From: Candidatus Eiseniibacteriota bacterium | GTDB taxonomy: Bacteria > Eisenbacteria > RBG-16-71-46 > CAIMUX01 > VGJL01 | NCBI GenBank assembly: GCA_963792585.1 | Contig: CAWBWI010000002.1 | Coordinates: 224,001-288,000, forward strand | Direction: 5' to 3' | Length of the DNA stretch: 64,000 nucleotides | Program-made: the position numbers and the translations under genes | The notes under the pieces: generated by a model | Databases searched by the model: none | Told to the model about the DNA's origin: nothing | Seen by the model: only the letters and a program-made list of their open reading frames with translations | Shown: positions 17,604 through 27,984 of the stretch, one piece after another | How the letters are laid out: each line of letters opens with the position of its first letter | Numbering within the stretch: the first letter of the stretch is position 1

Positions 17604-19238
17604 ATGCGCATCCTGTTCATCTGTCCGCGCTTTCCCGATTCGTTGTGGAACTTCCGAGGCATCGAGAAACTCGTTGGCGTGCAGTCCTCGCAGGCGCCGA
17701 TCGGGCTGGCGACGGTCGCCGCCCTCACTCCGCCTGAGTTCGATGTCTCGCTGGTGGACGAGAACCTGGATCCGATCGACTTCGAGGCGGCATGCGACGT
17801 CGTCGCAATCTCGTGCTTCAACGTCCAGTGGTCGCGCGCGCTCGAGATCGCCGGCGAGTTTCGGAAGCGCGGGCGCCTGATCGTGATCGGCGGTCCCTAC
17901 CCGACCCTCTGCCCCGAACGCTTCGTGGGCGTCGCCGACGCCCTCTTCGTGGGAGAGGCTGAGTACACCTGGCCGAGATTCTGCCGGGACCTGCTCGAGG
18001 GCAGGACGCCGGACTCCACCTATGAACAGGAGCGGGGGAAGGTCAAGATGACCGACTCTCCCATCCCACGTTACGAGCTGTTGTCAGCGGAGAGATATCT
18101 CTATCACTATGTCCAGACCACGCGGGGCTGCCCCTTCCAGTGCGAGTTCTGCGACATCATCGTGACCGACGGCCGCGTCCCCAGGACCAAGACCGTGGAG
18201 CAGGTGATGAACGAGGTGGAGACGATCCGCCGGCTCGGGGCCCGGTACATCTCCTTCTCCGACGCCAACCTGATCGCCAACCCGAAATACGCCGAGCGAT
18301 TGCTCACCGCGCTGAGGGATTTCGGCGCCGCCAACGGCTACCCGATCCGCTTCTCGGGGGAGTTGACGCTGAACGTCGCGGAGTTCCCGAAGATCCTCGA
18401 ACTTCTGCGTGACAGCAATTTCGAGAGCGTCTTCATCGGTGTGGAGTCGCCGCGGTCGGAAAGCCTCCTTGAAGCGGGAAAGGGACAGAATGTTCGCGGA
18501 TCGCTGATCGATCGCATCCGAACGGTTCAGTCCCACAACCTGCTCGTGATCGCCGGGATGATCGTCGGCTTCGACACCGACGACGTCGGGATCTTCCAGG
18601 ACACCTTCGACTTCCTGCAGGATGCCGGCATCGCCTTTACGACCGCCGGGGTGCTCTTCGCCATCGAACACACACCGCTGCACACGCGCCTGCAGAACGA
18701 GGGCCGCCTCCGGGAGTTCGATATCAGCAAGGCGCAGGTTCACGGGAGCGCCGATCTCAACTTCGTGCCCAAGGGAATGACGGCCGAGGAGTTGCTGCAC
18801 GGATACCGATGGATGATCCGCGCCCTGTACCGGTACGAAGCCTACGCGGAGAGGCTGGTGCGCGGGTTGGAGGCGTACGGCCCGACTCCGGCCGCCGCCC
18901 GGGGATCCGCAAAGCAGCCGGGAACAAAGCAACTTGGCGCGGTCGGGCGGATCCTTTCCTACTTCTTGTGGACGCGGGACGCGGCCAGGCGGCGGTTCTT
19001 CTTGAGAACCGTGTGGCGGGTCATGCGGCGGCGTCCCTCCATGCAGAAGCTCGTCATCGCCGTGACCTACATGACGGTCCACAAGCACTTCCATGAGTAC
19101 GTAGAGCGCATCCACGGCGAACCGGAGACCTCGGACCGCCAATCCCCGTTTTCGGTGGCCGGGGGAGCAAAGCTCCCGGTCCGAGCGGTTGCACGCTTGC
19201 GCGCCTCTCGGGCGCCGGCCGACACCGTGAGCGTGTAG
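17604..19238 (+). CDS. Cobalamin-binding radical SAM protein (HpnP-like/DUF4070 type)
   Basis: N-term B12-binding domain (PIGLATVAALTP, GGPYPTLCP), CxxxCxxC motif RGCPFQCEFC, GMIVGFDTD. GAGGAG RBS. Confidence 0.88.
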   Translation: MRILFICPRFPDSLWNFRGIEKLVGVQSSQAPIGLATVAALTPPEFDVSLVDENLDPIDFEAACDVVAISCFNVQWSRALEIAGEFRKRGRLIVIGGPYPTLCPERFVGVADALFVGEAEYTWPRFCRDLLEGRTPDSTYEQERGKVKMTDSPIPRYELLSAERYLYHYVQTTRGCPFQCEFCDIIVTDGRVPRTKTVEQVMNEVETIRRLGARYISFSDANLIANPKYAERLLTALRDFGAANGYPIRFSGELTLNVAEFPKILELLRDSNFESVFIGVESPRSESLLEAGKGQNVRGSLIDRIRTVQSHNLLVIAGMIVGFDTDDVGIFQDTFDFLQDAGIAFTTAGVLFAIEHTPLHTRLQNEGRLREFDISKAQVHGSADLNFVPKGMTAEELLHGYRWMIRALYRYEAYAERLVRGLEAYGPTPAAARGSAKQPGTKQLGAVGRILSYFLWTRDAARRRFFLRTVWRVMRRRPSMQKLVIAVTYMTVHKHFHEYVERIHGEPETSDRQSPFSVAGGAKLPVRAVARLRASRAPADTVSV

Positions 19239-19275
19239 TCCGCGCACCGGCGACGGTTCCGGCGCCGCGCGAATC

Positions 19276-21138
19276 TCAGTTCATCAGAGACGCGATCTTC
19301 GCCTCGGCATCCGCGTGCAGGGTCGGCGGCGCCCCGAAGAAGGTGGCCGTCGAGCGGCCTTCGCGATCGAAGAGAAGCAGGGTCGGCAGAGCGCTCACGT
19401 CGCCAAAGGAGCGCGCTGCCTCCGGAGTGCCCATCGCCCAACGGAGGTCTTGTCCGAGCCCGCCGACGAATGCGCGAACTTTTCCTGGATCCGACTGGAC
19501 CGCCAGCGCGAGCACGACGAGGCGGTCTCCGTATTGCCGCTTCAACCCCCCGAGCCAGCGGAGCGTGGTTCGACATGGGGGGCACCACGGAGCCCAGAAA
19601 TCCACGATGACCACCCGCCCACGGAGTTCCTCACGGGTGATCGGCACGCCCTCGAGATCCGTCAGGCTGAAGTCGGGGAGATCGGTGATTCGGGCGTCGG
19701 CGGCCGGTCTCGCCTCGCGTCTGGCCTCTTCCTGTCGACCTTCGAGAATCAGGCCGATCGTACGGGAGAGATCGCCACGGAAGCGGGCATGGCTCTCCGG
19801 CGTCTGGAGCGGGGCGTATCGACCCCCCGACTCCGACTCGCCCTTGCCGTAGAAGCCGAAGTCGTTCGGCGTGGCGACCAGCACGTCGTCCACGAAGATC
19901 GCGGGGTAGCGGGTCACCCCGAATCGCTTGGCCAGCTCCGAGTCGCCGTAGTTCTCCTCGACGAACCGCGCTTCTCCGCCGAACTCCTTCACCACGCCCT
20001 GAGCCAGCAGACCTGCCGGATCGGAGAGGTTTCAGGTGTAGGGCCAGCGAACGAGCGTGACGGTCACCCGCGGTGTCGGCTTCCCGTCTGGTGGTGGCGC
20101 CGGCTCGAACAGGGCGAGGTAGCGGGGCAGGACATCGGTGTCGACGGCAATCGCGACGGCAGATGCCGTGTCGGCCGTCGAACCCGCGAGGTCCGCCTGC
20201 GCGATCTCCAGGAAGAGCCGACCGAGCGTGTGATCCACCTCGCCGGGCGACAGACGCCGATCCCACTCCACCAGGCGCGCCCTCATCTCATTCGCGTCGA
20301 CCCCCGCCCCGTTTCCGCGGATGGGAGCGAAGCGGAGGGCCGCCTGCAGGTAGCGGAGCGCCGCGCCATGGCGAAGCCCGGCAGCATTCAGTTCTCGGGC
20401 TTCCTTGAGGCTCGAGCCGAGCGTGATGAACTCGGCATGGCGGTCGATCGAAGCCGGTGGACGATAGGCGCGGAGCACCGCGTCCTCGAGGGCGTCGAGC
20501 TCGGGGTCGAGCGGCCGCAGTTCCCGGACGGTCGGTCCGGGGGGGATCGAGAGGGTGCGGCAGAAGGCCGCGAGATCGCGTTGCGCGCGCGCATAGCCCA
20601 GGTAGAAGAAGCCGGAAGCCGGGTCCGTGGCCCGTTCGAAATCGACGCTCGCCTCATAGTAGACCTTCACCTGGGGGAGGGCCGTCTCCAACAGCGCGCG
20701 CACTGCGGCCGGATGCACATCAACCTCGGCATCGGGCGAGATCGTCGTGAGCTCTGCCGCCAAGTCCGACCCCATCCGCTTCCACTCGGCAAGGAATGCG
20801 GTCGAATCCCGGCTCTCCGCGGCCGGGATCCCCTCCACGTACTTCGTTGCCGCGAGGTTCCCCTGCGCTGCAACCAGGCGGGAAAGGGCGAGCCAGCGGC
20901 GCCCGTCGTGAAGCGCCTCCGCCGCACGCTCCAGCACCGGCCCGCTGACCTGCTTGACCTGAGTCCACATCTCGTCTGTAGACGGATTGTCCTGGATGTA
21001 GGAACTCCAGCGCGCAATCTCCGCCTCGATGGGGTCGCGCACGGGCGCCCCGTCACCGCCCGCCGAGATGGCGGGGATCGGCAGAAGGCAGGCCACTAGG
21101 GTCGCGCCGGACAGGAACCTCCTTCGCACAAAGCGCAT
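19276..21138 (-). CDS. Selenoprotein (620 aa): Tat-like signal + helical domain + thioredoxin-like UxxS domain + TlpA/ResA CxxC domain; UGA at 20032-20034 read as Sec
   Basis: ORFs 20032..21138 and 19276..19995 are in frame and separated only by one TGA. Read-through gives VTVTLVRWPYT-U-NLSDPA...ELAKRFGVTRYPAIFV (Trx fold) and later VDFWAPWCPPC. A SECIS-like hairpin follows the UGA. Confidence 0.85.
20004..20019 (-). promoter_or_regulatory. Bacterial SECIS element
   Basis: mRNA reads UGA AAC CUC UCC GAU CCG GCA GGU CUG CUG G. The hairpin is CCGGCA-GGUC-UGCUGG. Its core GCAGGUCUGC starts 15 nt after UGA, as in the E. coli fdhF SECIS. Confidence 0.8.
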
Positions 21139-21197
21139 CGGTCACCTCGGCGCGATCGCCGATCCCCGGTGCCCGCGGGCCGGCCGGCATCCGGGCG

Positions 21198-23252
21198 TCA
21201 CCAGATGCTCACCCGCTTCGACTCCTCGCGATACATCTTGTCCCCCGGCTTCACGCCGAAGGTCGTGTAGAACTCCGGGATGTTTGGAAGGGGACCGTTG
21301 ACGCGCAGGAAGTCAGGGGAGTGCACGTCGGTCATGATGAGTTGGGCGAGCATCTCGGGGCGCATGTGTCCCAGCCAGGAAAGGGAATAGCCGAGGAAGA
21401 AGCGCTGGTCCGGGGTGAGGCCGTTGATCACCTCGCCGGTCTTCCACTGATCGGTCTTCTTGAAGGCGTCATAGGCGATCACGACCCCGCCGAGGTCGGC
21501 GATGTTCTCGCCAAGGGTGGCGAGCCCGCGCACGTGCAGGTCGCCTACGACGAATTCGTTGAATTGCTCCACCAGCATCTGCGCCCGTTGGGCGAACTGC
21601 GAGGAATCGGCGGACGTCCACCATGGGCGCATGTTCCCATACGCGTCGTACTGCCGCCCCTCGTCATCGAAACCGTGGGTCAATTCGTGACCGATCGTGG
21701 ACGCTCCCGCGTATCCGTAGAGGATCGCATCGTCCAGGAGCGAATCGGGAACCCCCGGCACGAAGAAGATCGCCGCGGGGAGCACGATCTCGACCTTCGA
21801 ACCGTCGTAGTAGGCGTTGTATGTCTGCGGCGTCATCGACCACTCGGTCAGATCGACCGGTTTGCCCAGCTTGTTGGCCCCATAGCGGAACCACCACTCG
21901 TTGACCCGCAGCTGATTGCGAACGTACGAGTCGGTCTCGATCGAGAGGGCGGAATAGTCCCGCCAGCGATCCGGATAGGCAACCTTCCGCCCGACGCGGC
22001 CGAGCTTCTCGAGGGCCTTCTCCTTTGTCGGCTGGCTCATCCATGTCAGTCTCCGGATCCGGTCGCCGTAGGCGGTCACGATCTCTGCCTCGAGTTTCTC
22101 GTAGCGCGCCTTCGTGGCGGGCGAACAATACTTCCCGACCCAGACCTGGCCCAGGAGTTCCCCAACCGATCCCTCCGTGGCCTCGAGAACCCGCTTCCAC
22201 CGGGGGCGCTGCTCCGTCGTGCCGGTCATGAGGGTGCCGTAGAACCGGAAGTCCTGCCTGTCAAAGGGAGTGCTCAAGTGGTCGGCGAGGGTGTTGATGA
22301 CGCTCCAACGGAGGTAGTCCTTCCACGCCGCGAGCGGAAACGCGTTGAGCGTCGAGTCTGCGCGCGTGAAGAATTCGGGCTGGCCGATCACGAGCGAGTC
22401 GAGGGGTGGGATCCCCATCAGCCCGAGCTGCTCCCTCCAATCGATCGAAGGGGTGAGCTGCGACAGTTGATCCATCGACATCTTGTTGTAGTTCGCGTAT
22501 GGATCGCGCCTTTCCTCCATCGTGCGGGACGCTTCCGCGAGCGAGGTCTCGATCGAGAGGATCGAACGGGCGGCCTCGCGCGCGCGCGCTTCGTCGTCGC
22601 CGAGAAGGCGGAACATCGCCGCGACATGGTCCGGATACGCCTCGCGGATCTTCTTCGTCGTGGGATCGTCGGCGAAATAATAGTCCCGGTCGGGCAGCCC
22701 GAGACCGCCCTGATGGAGGAACACGACGTGGGCGGCGCTGTTCTTGTCGTCCTGTCCGATGTAGAAGCCATAGAGGCTGCGAATGCCAATCACACGCAAA
22801 GCCGCGACGGTCCGAAGCAACTCGTCGCGGGATTGGATGGCGGCGATCCGGTCGAGCTCGGGCCGGATCGGGGCAATGCCTTGCGATTCGATCGAGGCGG
22901 AGTCCATGCCCGCAGTCCAGAAGTCGCCGACCTTCTGTTCGTTGCTCCCCTTCACGGCCCGCTTGGCGGCTGCCGCCTCGCAGATCTCCCGGAGCTGAAG
23001 GTAGATCTCCCTCTGGATCTCTTTTCCGATGCCCCAGTACCGCTCGCTGGGAGGTATCGGGTGGTCCTTGATCCACGCGCCGTTGGCATGGAGGAAGAAG
23101 TCGTCGCCCGGTTTGACGGTGGGATCCATGTTGCGAACGAGCGGGTCGATCGCCGGCGGCAACTTCGGTCCGGCTCCGACGGGCGCGACGACGGCGAATG
23201 CGGCGAACAGAACCAGACCTGACGTGACCCAAGCGGACCAGCGGCAACCCAT
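21198..23252 (-). CDS. pepO: M13 family metallopeptidase (PepO/neprilysin-like)
   Basis: Signal peptide, PGDDFFLHANGAW, GLGLPDRDYY, NAYY, IGHELTHGFDDEG, TLGENIADLGG and DVHSP motifs. Confidence 0.93.
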   Translation of the reverse strand: MGCRWSAWVTSGLVLFAAFAVVAPVGAGPKLPPAIDPLVRNMDPTVKPGDDFFLHANGAWIKDHPIPPSERYWGIGKEIQREIYLQLREICEAAAAKRAVKGSNEQKVGDFWTAGMDSASIESQGIAPIRPELDRIAAIQSRDELLRTVAALRVIGIRSLYGFYIGQDDKNSAAHVVFLHQGGLGLPDRDYYFADDPTTKKIREAYPDHVAAMFRLLGDDEARAREAARSILSIETSLAEASRTMEERRDPYANYNKMSMDQLSQLTPSIDWREQLGLMGIPPLDSLVIGQPEFFTRADSTLNAFPLAAWKDYLRWSVINTLADHLSTPFDRQDFRFYGTLMTGTTEQRPRWKRVLEATEGSVGELLGQVWVGKYCSPATKARYEKLEAEIVTAYGDRIRRLTWMSQPTKEKALEKLGRVGRKVAYPDRWRDYSALSIETDSYVRNQLRVNEWWFRYGANKLGKPVDLTEWSMTPQTYNAYYDGSKVEIVLPAAIFFVPGVPDSLLDDAILYGYAGASTIGHELTHGFDDEGRQYDAYGNMRPWWTSADSSQFAQRAQMLVEQFNEFVVGDLHVRGLATLGENIADLGGVVIAYDAFKKTDQWKTGEVINGLTPDQRFFLGYSLSWLGHMRPEMLAQLIMTDVHSPDFLRVNGPLPNIPEFYTTFGVKPGDKMYREESKRVSIW

Positions 23253-23586
23253 CTTCTCCTCCATTCCGCGCAAAGACAGCACTCTTCGCACAGAATAGGG
23301 AACCGAACGTCACGGGGCCAGAGAGCGTGTTTGCGAACTGCGGATTCGGACGACAATATCCGTAAGGCCTTTCCTAATCGCTCGGCGACCTCGGGGCCGG
23401 ACCGACAGGCGCCGAACCCGTAATTGCTGCATCTGTTTCGAGTTATCGGCCGGGCGGGCCGAGATTGCTGTCCCCCCGCGCAGGCGGGGGAGGGGCCGAT
23501 CGAAGCCCGAGTTGGCGAACCCGCTGGACAGAATGCCGGACTCGGGAGCGTTTCCTCCCGGATGCGCCCCGGATATACTGCCGGCC

Positions 23587-25185
23587 GTGACGTCAAAACC
23601 GCAGGCGGGCGGCGCGACCCGGTCCGGGCGCTACGCGGCCCTCGTGGCCGCAGGAATCTTTCTGAGCCGGATCGCGGGACTCGTTCGCGAGCGAATCTTC
23701 TCCCACTACTTCGGGCTGTCGGACGCGGGCGACGTGTTCAAGGCCGCATTCAAGATCCCGAATTTCCTGCAGAATCTCTTCGGCGAGGGTGTTCTCTCCG
23801 CGTCCTTCATTCCCGTCTACGCGCGACTGCTCGCCGAGGACGATGAGGTGGCCGCGAAGAGGGTCGCCGGAGCCGTCTTCTCGTTGCTCGCCCTGCTGAT
23901 CTCGATCCTGGTCTTGGTCGGGATCCTGGCGGCGCCCTGGCTGGTCGATGCGATCGCCCCCGGGTTCCCGGAAGAGAAGCGGGCCTTCCTCGTCAAGCTG
24001 GTCAAGATCATCTTCCCGGGCACTGGGTTTCTGGTCCTCTCGGCTTGGTGCCTCGGCGTGCTGAACAGCCATCGCCGCTTCTTTCTCTCCTACTCCGCGC
24101 CGCTTGCATGGAACGCGGTCATGATCGCGGCCCTTCTGGGGTTCGGCAGGCGCATGGGCCCCTTCCCGCTCGCCGAGACGACGGCATGGGCTTCTGTGGC
24201 GGGGAGCGCTCTGCAGTTTCTGGTGCAACTGCCGACGGTCTTGCGTCTGGCGGGCGGTCTCGACCTCGGGTTGCGCCTTCGTTCGGCGCCCGTTCGAAGG
24301 ATTGTGGGCAATTTCGGCCCCGTCTTCCTGAGCCGGGGCGTGGTGCAGATCAGCGCCTACATCGACAACCTGCTGGCCAGCTTCCTTTCAACGGGCGCGG
24401 TGACTGCCCTCTACAACGCCCAGACCCTCTATCTCCTCCCCGTGAGCCTCTTCGGAATGTCGGTTTCTGCCGCGGAACTTCCCCTCATGTCCAGGACCAT
24501 CGGGAGCGACGATGAGGTCCACGCCGCGCTCAGGGGCCGCCTCGAGTCGGGGCTACGACGGATCGCGTTCTTCGTGATTCCCTCGGCCATGGCCTTTCTG
24601 GCCCTCGGTGACATCGTCACGGGTATCGTCTACCAGACGGGGCGGTTCGGCCGCGCGGACTCGGTCTATGTTTGGGGAGTTCTGGTCGGGCCGGCGATCG
24701 GCCTATTGGCGACGACCTCGGCTCGCCTCTACTCCTCGACCTTCTACGCACTGGGGGATACGAGGACGCCGCTGCGCTACGCACTCGTGAGGGTGGTCCT
24801 GTCCACGGGCCTTGGCTACCTGATGGCCTTTCACGTCATCCGCTGGCTTGGACTCGCGCCGCGGTGGGGAGTTGCCGGCCTCACGATCGCTTCCGGGCTG
24901 GTGGGCTGGGTGGAGTACGTCCTGCTGCGGGGAGCGCTCCTGCGCAGGATCGGTCGCATCGATGCTCCCGTACGGGCTCTCGCCGTCCTGTGGGGCATTG
25001 CGATCGTCGGCGCGGCGGCCGCGTGGTGCGTGAAGCTCGGGCTGAGGAACCAGTCGCCGCTCGCGATGGGCGTCATCGCCCTACTGCTCCATGGCGGCGT
25101 CTATCTGACCTTGGCCTACGTTCTGCGCATTCCCGAGGCGAGGGCTATCCTTGCGCGGCTGCGCCGCCGGCCCCGCAACGCCTGA
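23587..25185 (+). CDS. murJ: Lipid II flippase MurJ (MviN); start uncertain
   Basis: LSRIAGLVRE, AFKIPNFLQNLFGEGVLSASFIPVY and FYALGDTRTP motifs. Many TM segments. Confidence 0.93.
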   Translation: MTSKPQAGGATRSGRYAALVAAGIFLSRIAGLVRERIFSHYFGLSDAGDVFKAAFKIPNFLQNLFGEGVLSASFIPVYARLLAEDDEVAAKRVAGAVFSLLALLISILVLVGILAAPWLVDAIAPGFPEEKRAFLVKLVKIIFPGTGFLVLSAWCLGVLNSHRRFFLSYSAPLAWNAVMIAALLGFGRRMGPFPLAETTAWASVAGSALQFLVQLPTVLRLAGGLDLGLRLRSAPVRRIVGNFGPVFLSRGVVQISAYIDNLLASFLSTGAVTALYNAQTLYLLPVSLFGMSVSAAELPLMSRTIGSDDEVHAALRGRLESGLRRIAFFVIPSAMAFLALGDIVTGIVYQTGRFGRADSVYVWGVLVGPAIGLLATTSARLYSSTFYALGDTRTPLRYALVRVVLSTGLGYLMAFHVIRWLGLAPRWGVAGLTIASGLVGWVEYVLLRGALLRRIGRIDAPVRALAVLWGIAIVGAAAAWCVKLGLRNQSPLAMGVIALLLHGGVYLTLAYVLRIPEARAILARLRRRPRNA

Positions 25186-25243
25186 TCGCGAGCGACCCCG
25201 CTTGTAGCGCGCCGCGAGGTCCTGATAACGTCTCCGCAGGACG

Positions 25244-26002
25244 ATGTCCAACTCTTCCCCAACGGTCGCCGGGTTTACCCGCACCGAGTCCCGTGAGCGT
25301 TCCCATGCGCAACTGCTGCGGCGGGCTTTTCTCTACGCCGGCGCGGCGCACCTGCTCCTCGCCCTCGCGATCAACCCGAATTTCATCCTTCGGCTCCTGC
25401 GCCCGGACGTGACGATCGGCTATCCGGGCGAGCCTCGAAGGGGCGAGCTGGCTCCTCAGGGCCTCCAAGGGAAGGACAAGTTCACCTACTTCCGCGTTCG
25501 CAGGTACACGGGGCCTGTGACGCTGACCAGCTACGAGCCGGTCGGCACGAGGCCGGCCGACGACGCGACGAACCCCACGAAGGGTCTGCCCATCGCCGGC
25601 AGTGTCGGAGAGAGCGGCCCGCTCGAGAACAAAGTGGCGGGTCGGTCGGGAGGAACGGGCGGGCCTCTCGTCATCGAGTTGGGCGAGGACTTCGCGGTCC
25701 TCAAGGAAACCGGCCCGCTCGCGCAGTCGGAGAAATTCCAGGCCCTGAAGATCGTCCGCCCCGAGTATCCGAGGTCAGCGGTGGCCAGAGGGATCGAGGG
25801 ACTGGTACGGCTTCGGGTCGAGGTGGACGTGAGCGGTTCGGTCCTCGAAGTGGATGCGATCGAGAACACGTCGCAGGACAGCACCCTCGTGCAGGCGGCG
25901 ATCGAGGCGATGTTCCACTGGAAATTCAAACCCTACAGGATCAAGTCCGAGTTCGTTCCGTTCACCCTGATCGTGCCGTTTCGCTACCGACTGGTCGATT
26001 GA
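25244..26002 (+). CDS. Energy transducer TonB family protein
   Basis: N-term TM with His (AAHLLLAL). C-term PEYPRSAVARGIEGLVRLRVEVDVSG...AAIEAMFHWKFKP. Confidence 0.8.
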   Translation: MSNSSPTVAGFTRTESRERSHAQLLRRAFLYAGAAHLLLALAINPNFILRLLRPDVTIGYPGEPRRGELAPQGLQGKDKFTYFRVRRYTGPVTLTSYEPVGTRPADDATNPTKGLPIAGSVGESGPLENKVAGRSGGTGGPLVIELGEDFAVLKETGPLAQSEKFQALKIVRPEYPRSAVARGIEGLVRLRVEVDVSGSVLEVDAIENTSQDSTLVQAAIEAMFHWKFKPYRIKSEFVPFTLIVPFRYRLVD

Positions 26003-26009
26003 GGGAATC

Positions 26010-27827
26010 TTACCGGAGCAGCAGGACTCTCGTGCACGCCGTCTCGCCCCCCGATCGCAACCTTGCGAAATAGACGCCGCTCGGCAGATGCCGGCCCGCG
26101 GAGTCCCGGCCAAGCCATCGGACTTGGTGACTTCCCGCCGGCATCGAGCCGTGCGCGAGCGTTGCGATCACGCGACCGTCGACCGCCAGGATCGAAAGAT
26201 CTGCCGTTGCGGCGTGCTCGAGCACGTACTGGAGAGTCGGGCCCGCCGGCCCCGGGGTGCGGTCCAGGATGCCGAGGGACAGCCGGCGTCTTTCGTTTCC
26301 GTCCAACGCTCCCGCAGCCGGGTAGCTGAGCATGATCCCCATCCGATCGGCGGCGGCATGCGTGGCATGGGCGGAGATCGCGGAGAAGGAGAAGGAATTG
26401 AATTCGAAAGTCTCGAGATCGTACCCGAGTCCGATCGATCGCTGCTCCCATCCATACGTCGAGCCCGCGAGCGGGGCGTGTGGGGCCGATGCGGGAAGTG
26501 TGGGCGGCATGAAGGCGTGATCGTCGCCAGGCAGCATGAACTCCCAAAGGACCGAGTCTCCGGCGGCGTTTCGCAGGAGCGCCTGCTGGAGATGGACCGC
26601 CGGGCTGCCGTTGGCCAGGTTCGCGGCGTCGTTCCAGGAGAAGCCCCCATCCGTGTACGCCAGGTCCAGCTGCTTGAAGAAACTGCCCATCGACTCCGTG
26701 TAGGTCTGCGGATGTGGACCCCGACTCAGGAGCACCAGCAAGTCGTCACTTGACGACATGCTCACGGTAGCGGCCGGGAAGTACCCCATCCCGGAAAACT
26801 CACCGGCCGCCGGCGTGGTCGTCAGGGAAACCGCTCCGGCGCAGGGGCCCGACCCGGCGGGGCAGGTGAGTGAGTTCAGGCCGAGAGGCACCAGACGGCC
26901 CAGGCCGGTCTGGTCGTCGAGGTCGCCGATGGAGAGGCAGTAGGCCGTCCCACCGTCGGGCACGTTCTCGAGATTCAACGTGACCGTCGTTTGAAGATCG
27001 GGGTCGACGTTCAAATCGGCCGTGGCCATGTCTCCCGTCACCACCAGATTCAACATGTCGGTCTCTCGCCACTGAACGTAGGGGAGCAGCTCCTCCATCG
27101 GCGCCCCCGAGAGGATCGCGTCGGTCGGGATCCTGCCCGAAATCGCCGCGAGCGTGGCCTCGCCGGCGGGCAACCGCAGGACGTAATGGTCCTTGACGAT
27201 CTCGATGAACAACTCCCACTGCTGCGGGATGAAACAATTGGAGGGAACCTCGACCGGCTGCCCCATGACATCGATCGTCTCGGGAGGGCCGAAGAAGTGG
27301 CCAGCGTCGAAGCCAAGCAGGTCATCCATCCGCATCGACGGGACGACGATGGCCATGTCGAGATTGCCGTCCCCCACGTGGAATGAGCCGTTGTTGACGT
27401 CGATCCCGGAGACGGCGTCGCCGACGTTGTAGAGAGGGCCGACCGGGGCGATGGGTGAAAGGGGGATGACGGAGTCGTTCGCATCGACCGAGACGAGCGT
27501 GAAGAAACGGAAGCCCTCGGCCCCGGCGGTGATCATCAGGGGGCCCTGAAGCGCAGGGTTCGTGAAGGTGATTTCTCCGGTGGCCGACGTGAGCCCGTAG
27601 TTGCCCGGATAGAAGGCGCCCGGCATCGTGCCGACCATGACGAATGCGCCCGCCACGGGACTGGTCGTCCCGGCCTGGACGACGCGGACGTGAACCTGCC
27701 CGGCGATGGGGCCTCCTCCCGTGCCGCCCAGCGAGTCCGGCGGCGCCTCGCGAAGCGCCTGTGCTTGACCAAGGCAAGTCACGCTGAGAACCAGAATTGC
27801 ACAAAGTGGGGCGGCGAGCGGTTTCAT
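26010..27827 (-). CDS. Secreted protein with C-terminal FlgD-Ig/T9SS-like domain
   Basis: Signal peptide MKPLAAPLCAIL...AQA. C-term VDGRVIATL...WLGRDSAGRHLPSGVYFARL...RVLLLR. Confidence 0.75.
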   Translation of the reverse strand: MKPLAAPLCAILVLSVTCLGQAQALREAPPDSLGGTGGGPIAGQVHVRVVQAGTTSPVAGAFVMVGTMPGAFYPGNYGLTSATGEITFTNPALQGPLMITAGAEGFRFFTLVSVDANDSVIPLSPIAPVGPLYNVGDAVSGIDVNNGSFHVGDGNLDMAIVVPSMRMDDLLGFDAGHFFGPPETIDVMGQPVEVPSNCFIPQQWELFIEIVKDHYVLRLPAGEATLAAISGRIPTDAILSGAPMEELLPYVQWRETDMLNLVVTGDMATADLNVDPDLQTTVTLNLENVPDGGTAYCLSIGDLDDQTGLGRLVPLGLNSLTCPAGSGPCAGAVSLTTTPAAGEFSGMGYFPAATVSMSSSDDLLVLLSRGPHPQTYTESMGSFFKQLDLAYTDGGFSWNDAANLANGSPAVHLQQALLRNAAGDSVLWEFMLPGDDHAFMPPTLPASAPHAPLAGSTYGWEQRSIGLGYDLETFEFNSFSFSAISAHATHAAADRMGIMLSYPAAGALDGNERRRLSLGILDRTPGPAGPTLQYVLEHAATADLSILAVDGRVIATLAHGSMPAGSHQVRWLGRDSAGRHLPSGVYFARLRSGGETACTRVLLLR

Positions 27828-27984
27828 GGGGGTCCTTTCCGGCGGTGTCGTGCTCCTCGGCCGAGCGGACCGGGCCCGTCGACCGCGATCGATGCCGGAT
27901 GATTCTACCACGAAACCGGTGGCGTGGGTCGCGGGCAAGTCCCGGCTCCCCTCACCCCTGGAGCCGCGACCGGGCTCGGCCCGG

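Noticed and set aside
19315..21099. 594-aa + strand ORF and other long antisense ORFs (21321..23222, 52023..53936, 59290..60966, 38398..39909)
   Set aside because: Shadow ORFs opposite well-supported genes, expected in high-GC DNA, with no recognisable motifs.
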